A stretch of DNA of 64,000 nucleotides from Desulfobacterales bacterium (GCA_050116835.1 JASFNW010000004.1:7024-71023), one strand, 5' to 3'. Counted from the stretch's first letter, positions 26,651 through 36,699 are shown. Notes: generated by a model not told the origin, from the letters alone. Numbers and translations: made by a program.

Positions 26651-27349
26651 TCAGATTCCACAGATGTGTTTGACTTCTTCGTTGTCGACAAGTTCTTCAA
26701 CCCGGCCCTGGTAGCAAATCCGGCCGTTGTCGATAATGTAGCCGTAGTCGCTTAGGGTCAGCGTAAATTTCACATTTTGTTCGGCCAGCAAAACCGTTAA
26801 GCCGACTTCTTTGAGCCTGCGGATGCGCTCGCCCAGCGTTTTGACCAGCACCGGCGCCAGTCCTTCAGTGGGTTCATCCAGCAACAGAAACTGCGGATTG
26901 GTCATCAGGGCCCGACCGATAGCCAGCATTTTTTGCTCCCCACCGCTCAGCAGACCGCCCTTGCGGTTGTCCATTTCCTTCAATGCCGGAAACAAATCGT
27001 AAACCTTTTGTTTATCCCACTGGTCACTCGTCATGCTTTTTCGTTCTGCAATTTCCAGGTTCTCGCCAACGGTCAAGTCGGCAAAGATGCGGCGGTCATC
27101 GGGCACCCAGCCCATGCCTTGCCTCACCAGTTTATAGGGTGGCGTGCCGGTTATATCTTTGTCGTTCAAGTGAATCTGTCCCCGGGATGGAGGGTTCAAC
27201 CCCATGATGCTTCTGAATGTGGTGGTCTTACCGGCTCCATTGCGGCCCAGCAAGCAGACCACCTGCCCCCTTTCAACTTTTAGTGATACATCGAACAGAA
27301 TGTGACTCAGGCCGTAATACGTATGAATATCCTTTACCTCGAGCATCAT
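26651..27349 (-). CDS. livF: Branched-chain amino acid ABC transporter ATP-binding protein
   Basis: Walker A GRNGAGKTT, LSGGEQKM, LLLDEPTEGLAP. ATGA overlap with livG. Confidence 0.9.
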   Translation of the reverse strand: MMLEVKDIHTYYGLSHILFDVSLKVERGQVVCLLGRNGAGKTTTFRSIMGLNPPSRGQIHLNDKDITGTPPYKLVRQGMGWVPDDRRIFADLTVGENLEIAERKSMTSDQWDKQKVYDLFPALKEMDNRKGGLLSGGEQKMLAIGRALMTNPQFLLLDEPTEGLAPVLVKTLGERIRRLKEVGLTVLLAEQNVKFTLTLSDYGYIIDNGRICYQGRVEELVDNEEVKHICGI

Positions 27350-28080
27350 TCATCTCCCAGGTAGGCTTGCTGAACTTCGGCGTTTTGTCGCACAATATCC
27401 GGTTCTCCTTGAACGATGGTGCGGCCTTGTTGCATGACCATGATACTTTGCGCCGTGCCAAAAACGACTTCCATATCATGTTCGCAAAATAAAATTGTCA
27501 GGCCCTGATCGGCGGCCAGACGTTGAATCAGCGCCATGGTGGTGGTGGTTTCCTCCGGCGACATACCGGCGGTGGGTTCATCCAAGATCAGCAATTCCGG
27601 TTCATTTCCAAGCGCGATGGCAATTTCTAAAATGCGCTTGTCTCCATGGGACAACGATCCGGCTAGATCCAATTTCTTATTCAAAAGGCCGGCGCTCTTC
27701 AAAATACGATCGGTCTCATCAACTGCCATCTGCGACGCCGGCTGAAACAGTTTATTGCTGAGCTTTTGCTGGGAAAGCACCGATACCTGTACATTGCGGA
27801 AAACGGAAAGCCGCGGAAAAATATTGGCAATTTGAAAGGAGCGGGCAATGCCCTTACGGCAGATTTCAAAGGGCAGCAATTTACCGATGTCCTCGTTATT
27901 GAAAAAAATGCTGCCACGATCCGGTTGTAACTGCCCGCAAATCAGATTAAATAAAGTGGTTTTTCCGGCTCCATTGGGCCCGATAATCGCCACCAGCTGT
28001 CCTTTTTCCACGGTCAGCTGAGCACCGTTTACGGCTCTAAAGTCATCAAATGCTTTATGCAAATTCTCAACGCGAAGCAC
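27346..28080 (-). CDS. livG: Branched-chain amino acid ABC transporter ATP-binding protein
   Basis: Walker A GPNGAGKTT, LSHGDKR, LILDEPTAGM. The GTG at 28080, 4 nt after the livM stop, is preferred. The GTG at 28110 (track start) would overlap livM by 26 nt. Confidence 0.85.
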   Translation of the reverse strand: MLRVENLHKAFDDFRAVNGAQLTVEKGQLVAIIGPNGAGKTTLFNLICGQLQPDRGSIFFNNEDIGKLLPFEICRKGIARSFQIANIFPRLSVFRNVQVSVLSQQKLSNKLFQPASQMAVDETDRILKSAGLLNKKLDLAGSLSHGDKRILEIAIALGNEPELLILDEPTAGMSPEETTTTMALIQRLAADQGLTILFCEHDMEVVFGTAQSIMVMQQGRTIVQGEPDIVRQNAEVQQAYLGDE

Positions 28081-28084
28081 CGGT

Positions 28085-29041
28085 TTATTCCACCTGGCTT
28101 TCGATTGCACGTGACCGAAACAGTTGTCGATAATTATAGCCCATGATGCCCTCGGGCAGAAAGAATATTAGCAGAATTAAAATCACACCTAAGATCAGGG
28201 TCCAGTATTCCGTGTAGATGCCCACTAAAGTCCGCAAGGATACGATGATAGCAGCACCCAAAATAGGCCCGGCAAAGGTAAACCACCCCCCCAGCAGGCA
28301 CATGATGAAAATCTCAAGAGACAATACCCAGAACAGCAGATCCGGAAAGATAGAGCCTTCCACCACCACAAAAAGCACGCCGGCCACACCGCCGAAAAAC
28401 GTGGCAATGACTATTGCTTTTAACTGGTGACGCCGCACATGGATGCCAACCGCGGCGCAGCGCTCTGGATTGTCGCGAATAGCCTGAAGCGTCGAACCAA
28501 AGGGGGATTTTAAAATCAAATACATAAAGAACAAACAGATGCCCAGAACAATCAAAACAAAATAATAAGAACTGTTGGTCGAGGCGATGAAATCCGGGAT
28601 CGGGATCCCGTGAATCCCGTCATCGCCGCCGGTAAGGCTGTACCAGCGAAAGGCAATGGCCCAGAGCAGGGATCCAAGAGAAATTTGCAGCATGCCGAAA
28701 TACAGTCTGTTCAGGCGGATGCAGAACATACCGATCAGCAATCCTGCCAGGGCTGCCGCCAGGGGTCCTGCAACAAAGGCCATCCACCACGGCAGGGAAG
28801 TTTTGGCCAATAACAATCCGGCTGTATAGGCGCCCACACCGTAAAAGACCCCGTGGTGAAATTGAAACAGCATGCCATGGCCCACGCATAAATTTAAACT
28901 CATGGCCAGCAGGGCGGTTACAAAAATAACAGCTAGAAAGTAAATGTAGAATCTCGACAGAAATGCAGGCGCCAGCAGCAGAATCCCAAAAATAAGCATG
29001 CTGATGCCGAATGATTTTTTCCGGAGTATCGCGTTAAACAA
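28085..29041 (-). CDS. livM: Branched-chain amino acid ABC transporter permease
   Basis: 318-aa polytopic permease of LivM type, located between livH and livG. Confidence 0.85.
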   Translation of the reverse strand: MFNAILRKKSFGISMLIFGILLLAPAFLSRFYIYFLAVIFVTALLAMSLNLCVGHGMLFQFHHGVFYGVGAYTAGLLLAKTSLPWWMAFVAGPLAAALAGLLIGMFCIRLNRLYFGMLQISLGSLLWAIAFRWYSLTGGDDGIHGIPIPDFIASTNSSYYFVLIVLGICLFFMYLILKSPFGSTLQAIRDNPERCAAVGIHVRRHQLKAIVIATFFGGVAGVLFVVVEGSIFPDLLFWVLSLEIFIMCLLGGWFTFAGPILGAAIIVSLRTLVGIYTEYWTLILGVILILLIFFLPEGIMGYNYRQLFRSRAIESQVE

Positions 29042-29198
29042 CCCAGTTCCTTTCCAGAAGTGGCTTTGAAACCACTTTTATGCTTGTATCCCAGGAATAA
29101 TTTACCCTATCTCTCGGATCAAAATGGCGCGCGTTCCGAGGTAAGCTGCGCTAATTTTGCCCCGCTCTCATTTTATTATCTATTTCTGCAACGCCTTC

Positions 29199-30095
29199 CT
29201 ACCATACCGATTTCAGCATACCGGTTGGTTTCAGGGTTAAAATGATCACCACCGCCAGATAAGGGAACACAATGGCAAACTGCGGCCAGAACAACACGCC
29301 GAAGGATTGGGTGATGCCGAAAATCAGTGAGCCGGCTAAGGCACCCCACATGTTTCCCAATCCGCCGATGGTAACGATTAAAAAGGCCTCGATGATGATG
29401 TTGTGATCCATGCCAATGGTTACACTGATGGTCGGCGCAACAAGGGCGCCTCCCAGTCCGGCCAGCAAGCAGCCCAGGACAAATGCAAACGCAAACACCC
29501 AGCTGACATTGATGCCGATGGCACCGACCATTTCCATATCCACGGCGGCAGCGCGGGCAATTTTGCCCATTTTGGTTCTGGTCGAAAACAGCCAGAGACC
29601 GATAGCCACCATTGGGCCGATGACCAACAGAAACAAATTGTATTTGGGAAACGGTGAATCAAAAATAGAAACGGAGCCCTGAAGAAATGTGGGTGCCATG
29701 ATCGAACGGTAATCGGCTCCCCAAGTCATTTTGGTAAGATCGCCCAGGATCAGCATCAGGGCAAAGGTAAACAGCAGCAGCATCAGGTGCTCGCGCTGGT
29801 AGAGATGACAGAACAGCGTCCGTTCGGCAATCAGGCTGATGAGCGCCACCACCAGCGGTGCGAAAATCAGGGCCAGCCAGAATCCAAGTGAGCCGCCGCC
29901 AAACAGGGTTGAAATACTATAAGCAGCAAAGGCGCCGATCATGTAAAGGGAGCCGTGCGCCACGTTTGGGACCCGCAGTACCCCCAGCACAAAGCTCAAG
30001 CCTGAAGTTACGATAAACAAAATCATGGCGCGGCTCAGTCCCACCAGGAATGTAATGCTCAAAGCCGCTATGGTTATCCCCTCACCAGCTTCCAT
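29199..30095 (-). CDS. livH: Branched-chain amino acid ABC transporter permease
   Basis: 298-aa polytopic permease of LivH type. Confidence 0.85.
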   Translation of the reverse strand: MEAGEGITIAALSITFLVGLSRAMILFIVTSGLSFVLGVLRVPNVAHGSLYMIGAFAAYSISTLFGGGSLGFWLALIFAPLVVALISLIAERTLFCHLYQREHLMLLLFTFALMLILGDLTKMTWGADYRSIMAPTFLQGSVSIFDSPFPKYNLFLLVIGPMVAIGLWLFSTRTKMGKIARAAAVDMEMVGAIGINVSWVFAFAFVLGCLLAGLGGALVAPTISVTIGMDHNIIIEAFLIVTIGGLGNMWGALAGSLIFGITQSFGVLFWPQFAIVFPYLAVVIILTLKPTGMLKSVW

Positions 30096-30390
30096 TTTTT
30101 TGTTGTCCCTGTGGCTTGGGAGCCTGCCGTATGAATTTAGTAAAATTGAGAACGAATCAGTTTACGGATTGGAAAGATGGTATCTTGGAATATCGGGGAT
30201 AAATTTGAATTCAATCCTTTTTTTAAGCTGTTTTTTGATCCCGGAATTCCAATACGCGATTATTCCAATTAAGAAATGACCTACCCCTTCGATGCGCTGA
30301 GGGCCAGGGCCCTGCTCGGTGTTCACCACCTCTGAGCAAAACCCTGACCCTGTCAATGACGGTAGGCGGCATATTTGTATCAAATTGGTT

Positions 30391-31617
30391 TTATTGGCCT
30401 CTTGCCTCCATAATTTCCTGGCAGGAGGGCATCACCTCCGCTCCCCGCAGGGTAATAATATCCGTAGCAATGGCAAACCCATATTCAGGCGATAACTTGG
30501 TTACCCCAAAATTCATCGGTAGAATGGCCTGGTGATCGCAGGCGCGCATTTCGATCCTGCCAACCGGACTTTGAATTTGCATGCCTTCAAGGGCGTCGAT
30601 AAATTTTTCGGTATCCAGGGAACCGGCCTTTTTATAAGCTTCGGCAATAAAATGCGCTGTGATATAAGCCTGAAAGGCCGGAAAACCGGGCGGGCTGCCA
30701 TAAGCAGTTTTATAGGAATTGACAAAACGCCGGTTGGCGGAAATATCCGGATGATAAAAGTGATAGTCGATGGTGCCCATAACACCCTCGGGCGCATTCA
30801 TTCCCAGCGGCTTTAAGACGGCATAATCGGTGGCGCTGTGAATGTAAATCCCCATTTTGTCGGCCATGCCGGTGGCCTTGATGGTTTTCATTATATTGAC
30901 CATGCTGGCACCTCCGGTGGCAAAGATGACCGCATCCGGTTTGGCGGCCATGATCGATGTGACGTAGGGAACCAGATCGGGCTCACCGACCTTCCACCAG
31001 GATTTTCCGATGACCTGCACTTCCGGTTTTCGTTCTTTGAGATTTCGCCAAGCGGCATCGGCAATCGCATGCCCGTATTCATAGTCGTCGCCGGCAATCC
31101 AGTAGGTGGTATAGGGTTTGGTGGCCAGCGCCACACCGCCGGACTTGCCGGCCATGGCGGTATTTTCACCGGCCGAGAATACATAGCGATGGCCTTTCTT
31201 GCCGGTAATATTCTCACTTTTGGAAATCCAGGCAATAAAGGGCACCTTTTCCCTTTTGGCCACCGCTTCTGATATGGCCAGCGCGGCCCCGCTGTTGATG
31301 GTACCCACCAAAATATCCACATTTTCGCGTAGAACCAGTTCTTTGGCAAAATTCAGCGCCAGGTCGACTTTAAATTTTGAATCACGGGTGGTAAACTCAA
31401 TTTTACTGCCCAGAACACCCTCGGCGTTTATCTCTTTTAAAGCCAGTTCAAATCCATTGAGGGCATCTTTCCCGAAAAAGGCAGCGGGACCGCTGTAACA
31501 GTCAATGACTCCCACTTTGATGTTCTTTGCCAAAGCATTGGCCGGCAGCAGAACCGTTGAAATGGCAAAAAAGCCCACCAGCAACGTTAAACTGACGAAA
31601 AGCGTATTTTTTTTCAT
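30391..31617 (-). CDS. ABC transporter substrate-binding protein, Leu/Ile/Val-binding (LivK/LivJ) family
   Basis: 408 aa. Signal peptide, periplasmic binding-protein type I pattern, first gene of the liv-type operon. Confidence 0.8.
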   Translation of the reverse strand: MKKNTLFVSLTLLVGFFAISTVLLPANALAKNIKVGVIDCYSGPAAFFGKDALNGFELALKEINAEGVLGSKIEFTTRDSKFKVDLALNFAKELVLRENVDILVGTINSGAALAISEAVAKREKVPFIAWISKSENITGKKGHRYVFSAGENTAMAGKSGGVALATKPYTTYWIAGDDYEYGHAIADAAWRNLKERKPEVQVIGKSWWKVGEPDLVPYVTSIMAAKPDAVIFATGGASMVNIMKTIKATGMADKMGIYIHSATDYAVLKPLGMNAPEGVMGTIDYHFYHPDISANRRFVNSYKTAYGSPPGFPAFQAYITAHFIAEAYKKAGSLDTEKFIDALEGMQIQSPVGRIEMRACDHQAILPMNFGVTKLSPEYGFAIATDIITLRGAEVMPSCQEIMEARGQ

Positions 31618-31831
31618 TATGACCCTCCTTCCTTTTGGGCGTTGAAAGTTGACAGGCGTGACTGCTTGACATCATACGGCGAAAGCGATGAATTTGCTTC
31701 AGCGCGCGGGCTGAATACAATTCATTTTTTATTTTGATATTCTTTCCTATATAGGTTACACAATGAAGTCAAGTCTTATTCAGAGAGCAAAACATTTCTG
31801 AAACCGCATATCACACTCACAGGAGACACTG

Positions 31832-33217
31832 TTGAAATTCAATTCCCTTAACACAAAGCACGTTAAAAACCTGCAGGCCATGGTAGCCCAGGATCGATTT
31901 TCCACCGGCGAATCGGTTCTCGATCTGCATGCCAAAGACCAATCACAGCATGCCCCCAGTCGGCCGGAAGCCGTCATCTGGCCGGTGGATCGCAACGAGG
32001 TGGCGACCATATTAAGATATGCCAATGAGAACCGCATCCCGATAACCGGCTGGGGTTCCGGCTCCAGCCTGGAAGGCAATCCGATTCCGATCCAAAAGGG
32101 CATCGTTTTGGATTTTTCTCAGATGAACCGCATTTTGGATATTCGGGCACAAGATTTTCAGTCCGATGTGGAGCCTGGCGTTATTTATCAGCACCTCAAT
32201 GAAAAACTGCGCCACACCGGCCTGTTTTTTCCGCCCGATCCCGGGGCCCAGGCCACCATTGGCGGAATGATCGCCAATAACGCCAGCGGGACCCGCACGG
32301 TGTACTACGGCTCCACCAAGGATTATGTGTTGCGGCTTGAGGTCGTTTTGGCCAGCGGCGAGATTATCGAGATGGGCACCCGTGCAGCCAAAACCTCTTC
32401 GGGGTATGATTTGATCCATTTGATGGTGGGTTCCGAAGGGACGTTGGGCGTTGTTGTCGGCGCTACGCTGCGATTGGTGGGATTTCCGGTTGAATACTCG
32501 GCTGCCATTGCCACCTTTCCCTCCGTAAAGGCAACCAGCAAGGCGGTCTTTGAAATCATTCGATCCGGCCTCAATCCGGCCGCTCTGGAGCTCCTGGGCC
32601 CTGAATGCATTGAACTGATGAACCGCGAAGAGAATCTGGGCCTGGCGGTTACGCCCACCCTGTTTGTCGAATTTCACAGTTCCAGCGCCAGCCATCTGGC
32701 AGAAGTCCTGGAGATGGGCCGCGAGATCTGTGATGATTTGGGTTGCACGGAATTCAGATCCGGCTTGGGCAAAGCCGAGCGGGATCACATCTTCAAAGCC
32801 CGGCATGCATTGGGGGAGATGATTATTCGCACCCATCCTGATTGCGGTACGCTGGTGGTCGACGTAGCCGTTCCCAATTCCGCTTACCCGGAAATTATTG
32901 CGACTATTGGCGACGAAATGAAAACGACCGGCATCAGGGGATATACCTTCGGCCATGCCGGCGACGGCAACGTGCATTTTAATATTCCCGGTAAGAAAGG
33001 TGATCAAAAGCAATGGGCCCAAATTGACCGGCTGGTTCAACGTCTGGTGTCCAAGGCACTCGATCTGGGCGGCACCGCCACCGGGGAGCACGGTGTGGGT
33101 CTGGGGAAGAAAAAGTATATGTCCGCCGAGCACGGCAAAAGTCTGGATTGGATGAAACAGATCAAAATGCTGTTTGATCCCAACGGCATTTTGAATCCCG
33201 GAAAGATATTTCCCTGA
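31832..33217 (+). CDS. FAD-linked oxidase (GlcD / D-lactate dehydrogenase family)
   Basis: 461 aa. FAD-binding PCMH domain pattern (GWGSGSSLEGN, IGGMIANNASG) and C-terminal GTATGEHGVGLGK. TTG start preceded by AGGAGA. Confidence 0.85.
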   Translation: MKFNSLNTKHVKNLQAMVAQDRFSTGESVLDLHAKDQSQHAPSRPEAVIWPVDRNEVATILRYANENRIPITGWGSGSSLEGNPIPIQKGIVLDFSQMNRILDIRAQDFQSDVEPGVIYQHLNEKLRHTGLFFPPDPGAQATIGGMIANNASGTRTVYYGSTKDYVLRLEVVLASGEIIEMGTRAAKTSSGYDLIHLMVGSEGTLGVVVGATLRLVGFPVEYSAAIATFPSVKATSKAVFEIIRSGLNPAALELLGPECIELMNREENLGLAVTPTLFVEFHSSSASHLAEVLEMGREICDDLGCTEFRSGLGKAERDHIFKARHALGEMIIRTHPDCGTLVVDVAVPNSAYPEIIATIGDEMKTTGIRGYTFGHAGDGNVHFNIPGKKGDQKQWAQIDRLVQRLVSKALDLGGTATGEHGVGLGKKKYMSAEHGKSLDWMKQIKMLFDPNGILNPGKIFP

Positions 33218-33342
33218 ATGCGCCAAACGGTATTGTGGAACGACAACCTGCTGCTTGACCCGCGCGCTTCAATCAGGTATGAACCTAAGTTGGGTATTTC
33301 AAATCCTTCCAATTTCTGTCGCTGATCAACGGAGAGGGGCCG

Positions 33343-34431
33343 ATGGGATATCAGCTTGATCTTATCAATGTCTCCAAATTATTTGGCGACGTCAGAGCTG
33401 TCGATAACGTCTCACTGAGCATTGAGCACGGTGAGTTCCTGACCCTGTTGGGCCCGAGCGGATCCGGCAAGACCACCACCCTGAATATGATTGCCGGTTT
33501 TGAGATCCCATCCAGGGGCGATATTCTGCTTGAAAATGAAGATATCACAACTGTTGCGCCGAATGACCGCGGCATTGGCATGGTTTTTCAAAACTATGCG
33601 CTTTTCCCTCACATGACCGTATCGGACAACATTGCCTTTCCCTTAAAGATGCGAAAAACCCCGAGAAACAAAATTGAGCGATCGATCCAGGAAGCCTTGG
33701 AACTTGTTAAGCTCCCTGGCTTTGAGCGACGGTATCCGCACCAACTGAGTGGCGGCCAGCAACAGCGCGTTGCACTGGCCCGGGCCATTGTCTTCAAACC
33801 CAAGATCCTGCTGATGGACGAGCCCCTGGGCGCGTTGGACAAGAAACTGCGGGACCACATGCGGCTGGAGCTCAAGCATCTTCAGGAGTCCTTAGACATT
33901 ACCGTCATCTATGTTACCCACGACCAGGAAGAGGCGCTGACGATGTCGGATCGAATCGCCATTATGAACGAGGGCAAAATTATCCAGCTGGATACACCGG
34001 TGGCGCTGTATGAGATGCCGGCCAATCTTTTCGTTGCTGACTTTATCGGTGAATCCAATTTTTTAGGCGGACGGATCGCGGAAACCGATGGTGACCGCAC
34101 GGCCGTCGAGACCGACGACGGTCTGAAAGTATGGGTTGCAAAATTCAATCAGGCAAATCCCGGCGACGAAGTTTCGGTTGCCATCCGGCCGGAGAAAATT
34201 CAAATCCTGGCAGCAGCAGAAATGGATAATTCCAGTGATATCATCAACCGTTTTACGGGTAGAATCGAAGAGATTATTTATGTCGGTGAAGCTAAAATTT
34301 ATCGTGTCAGCCTGGCGGCGGAGACCATTGTCGACGTAAAAGTGCAAAGCGGACCCACAGTACAAAATTTCAAGATCGGAGGTGATATTACCGTAGGCTG
34401 GCGCACACCCCACGGCCTTGCTTTGAAGTAA
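33343..34431 (+). CDS. ABC transporter ATP-binding protein, PotA/spermidine-putrescine-like
   Basis: Walker A GPSGSGKTT, LSGGQQQRVALARA, LLMDEPLGALD, C-terminal TOBE-like domain. Confidence 0.85.
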   Translation: MGYQLDLINVSKLFGDVRAVDNVSLSIEHGEFLTLLGPSGSGKTTTLNMIAGFEIPSRGDILLENEDITTVAPNDRGIGMVFQNYALFPHMTVSDNIAFPLKMRKTPRNKIERSIQEALELVKLPGFERRYPHQLSGGQQQRVALARAIVFKPKILLMDEPLGALDKKLRDHMRLELKHLQESLDITVIYVTHDQEEALTMSDRIAIMNEGKIIQLDTPVALYEMPANLFVADFIGESNFLGGRIAETDGDRTAVETDDGLKVWVAKFNQANPGDEVSVAIRPEKIQILAAAEMDNSSDIINRFTGRIEEIIYVGEAKIYRVSLAAETIVDVKVQSGPTVQNFKIGGDITVGWRTPHGLALK

Positions 34432-34473
34432 GGCAAATTCTCGCCAAAAACCAAACAGACAAGGAGGTGTGGT

Positions 34474-35571
34474 ATGAAAAAGAAAAAGGAAACCCAAAAC
34501 CACAAGGGCATGACCCGTCGTGAATTTATCGTGACCACCGGTGCGGCCACCGGCGCCGCTTTGGTAACGGCATCCGTGGGACCATTTGTTCACACCACCA
34601 TGGCCAAGGGTGGCACTCTGAAAATCTGTTCCTACGGCGGCTCCTATCAGGAATCTCAACGAAAGGCCCTTATCCAGCCTTTTGCGGACAAATTTGGCGT
34701 CAAAATTATCGAAGCATCCGGACCGGATATTGCCAAAGTCAAAGCGCAGGTCGATACCCAATCTTATGAGTGGGATGTGGTGGATCTGGAAACGCGCCAT
34801 GTTGCCCGTGGAGAGCTGGAAAATTTATTAGAGCCCATCGATACCAACGTGGTCAATCTCGAGGGCATCGACAAGAAGGCCATCCGCAAGGCGGCTATCG
34901 GCGACATTTTCTGGACGACATCTCTGGCCTACAACAAGAAAGCACTCGGCGATAAAAAACCGGCCGCCAGCTGGGCGGATTTCTGGGATGTGAAAAATTT
35001 TCCCGGTCCCAGGGCATTGCAGGATCAGGCACCCTTTAATCTCGAATTTGCCCTGCTGGCGGATGGCGTGCCCATGGACAAGATTTACCCCATCGACGTG
35101 GAGCGCGCCTTCAAGAAGATGGACGAGATCAAAGACAATATTACGGTCTGGTGGAAAAACGGCGCTCAACAAATCCAGCTGTTAACCAGTGCCGAAGCGC
35201 ATTATTCATCCGCCTGGAATGGTCGGGTCAATGTTGCCCAGCAAAAAGGCGTGCCGCTAAAGATCGTCTGGGAAGGCGGCTGCCTCGATCTGGATTGGTG
35301 GGCGATCCCAAGGGGTAATCCCAACAAGGATCTGGCCATGAAGTTCATCGATTTTGCTATAAGAGCAGAACGACAGGGCGAGCAGATGCAAAAATACATT
35401 GCCTATGGCCCTACCAATTTGGGCGCATTCAAATACATCTCTGATGAGCGGGCCAAGGAACTGCCATCTTACCCGGCGAACCTCAAAAAACAGTTTGTGC
35501 AGGATGCGGATTACTGGGGGCCGAATCTGGCACCGTTGACCGAGAAATGGAAAACCTGGATCATATCCTAA
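34474..35571 (+). CDS. ABC transporter substrate-binding protein (PotD/PotF-like) with twin-arginine signal
   Basis: The N-terminus MTRREFIVTTGAATGAALVTA resembles a Tat signal. The rest resembles polyamine-type binding proteins. Strong RBS AAGGAGG. Confidence 0.75.
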   Translation: MKKKKETQNHKGMTRREFIVTTGAATGAALVTASVGPFVHTTMAKGGTLKICSYGGSYQESQRKALIQPFADKFGVKIIEASGPDIAKVKAQVDTQSYEWDVVDLETRHVARGELENLLEPIDTNVVNLEGIDKKAIRKAAIGDIFWTTSLAYNKKALGDKKPAASWADFWDVKNFPGPRALQDQAPFNLEFALLADGVPMDKIYPIDVERAFKKMDEIKDNITVWWKNGAQQIQLLTSAEAHYSSAWNGRVNVAQQKGVPLKIVWEGGCLDLDWWAIPRGNPNKDLAMKFIDFAIRAERQGEQMQKYIAYGPTNLGAFKYISDERAKELPSYPANLKKQFVQDADYWGPNLAPLTEKWKTWIIS

Positions 35572-35611
35572 AAGTGATCTCAAACTTAATCTAATGTTCG
35601 TCAGCGGCGTT

Positions 35612-35733
35612 GCGAGCCAGCATAAAATGCTTACGTACCGACCGTGTACGCCCCAATTTTATGCTGGCTCCCGCTTGTTGAACACGATTGGCATTTACAA
35701 ACCAGATGTGAAAGCCCGCCTTTAGGCGGGGCT
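35612..35733. repeat. Two tandem palindromic hairpins within the binding-protein/permease spacer
   Basis: Hairpin 1: gcgagccagcataaaat .. attttatgctggctcccgc (35612-35674). Hairpin 2: agcccgcc-ttta-ggcggggct (35713-35733). Confidence 0.7.
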
Positions 35734-35796
35734 GGCAAACATGATCTAACCATTTATAATGACAAGAGAGAATATTTATCTCCATTTGATGAATTT

Positions 35797-36699
35797 GTGG
35801 TTGTAATAGTGGAAGCTACGGATACGATCATATCTCAAAAAGCGACATCTGCGAACCTATGGCAGCGGCGCGGTTTCAGACAGTTTACCCTGGTCGTTCC
35901 GGCCCTGCTGGCCCTGCTTATTTTGTTTGTCTATCCAATTTCAAGCATCCTCATCAAAAGTCTGTTCAGTCCGGATTTTACTCTCCAGCATTATCTTTAT
36001 TTTTTTAAAACACCGCTGTATTCGCGAGTTTTATGGATTACCTTCCAAATTAGTGTTTTATCCACACTGTCGGCTTTGATCGTGGGATATCCAATTGCTT
36101 ATGTTTTGAGACGCGCCAGACCGGGCATTCGCAATTTTTTCTTATTGGCGATAACCCTGTCCTTTATGATCAGCTTGCTGGTGCGCAATTATTCCTGGAT
36201 CATCGTCCTGCAGCGCAACGGTGTGATTAACACCGTGTTTACCTACTTCGGTATGATCGAAACGCCGCTTAAACTTCTGCACAACAAATTTGGCGTGATG
36301 GTCGGTATGACACACATCTTTGTTCCTTATATCGTGTTTCCCATTTATTCTGTCATGATGGGAATCGACTTAAATCTCGAGAAAGCCGCCCGTAATCTCG
36401 GCGCTTCTCGCTGGCAGACATTCTGGCGGGTGTCTTTTCCGCTGAGCCTGCCCGGCATCGGTGCCGGAGCGCTGTTGGTTTTTATCATGGCTCTGGGATT
36501 TTTTATCACGCCGGCGCTGTTGGGCGGTCGCAAGGAACAGATGATTTCCAATTTGATTCAGATCCAGGTCGTGGACCTGTTGAACTGGCCGTTTGCCTCG
36601 GCCATGTCGGTTATTCTGTTGATTGCGACGTTGGTCGTTTTTTCGATTTACAACCGCTATTTAGGTGTGGAGCGCCTGTGGGGAGGAGTCAAAACATGA
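35797..36699 (+). CDS. ABC transporter permease (PotB-like)
   Basis: Polytopic permease with an EAA-like loop (EKAARNLGASRWQTFWRV). The start is uncertain (GTG at 35797 or 35809). The upstream part of the track ORF runs through the palindromic element and is probably not coding. Confidence 0.7.
   Translation: MVVIVEATDTIISQKATSANLWQRRGFRQFTLVVPALLALLILFVYPISSILIKSLFSPDFTLQHYLYFFKTPLYSRVLWITFQISVLSTLSALIVGYPIAYVLRRARPGIRNFFLLAITLSFMISLLVRNYSWIIVLQRNGVINTVFTYFGMIETPLKLLHNKFGVMVGMTHIFVPYIVFPIYSVMMGIDLNLEKAARNLGASRWQTFWRVSFPLSLPGIGAGALLVFIMALGFFITPALLGGRKEQMISNLIQIQVVDLLNWPFASAMSVILLIATLVVFSIYNRYLGVERLWGGVKT

Noticed and set aside
30096-30390. 295-nt livH-to-binding-protein spacer containing a 73-aa ORF and a CAGGGCCCTG palindrome
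   Set aside because: The ORF has no RBS or motifs. The palindrome is short, and I could not define a convincing terminator or attenuator.
32012-33226. 404-aa ORF on the minus strand
   Set aside because: It lies entirely antisense to the well-supported FAD-linked oxidase gene (31832-33217). Its Gly/Ala/Arg-rich, low-complexity translation is typical of a shadow ORF in GC-rich coding DNA.
34063-34800. 245-aa ORF on the minus strand
   Set aside because: It spans the 3' end of the PotA-like gene and the 5' end of the binding-protein gene in antisense. It shows no motifs and has no RBS.
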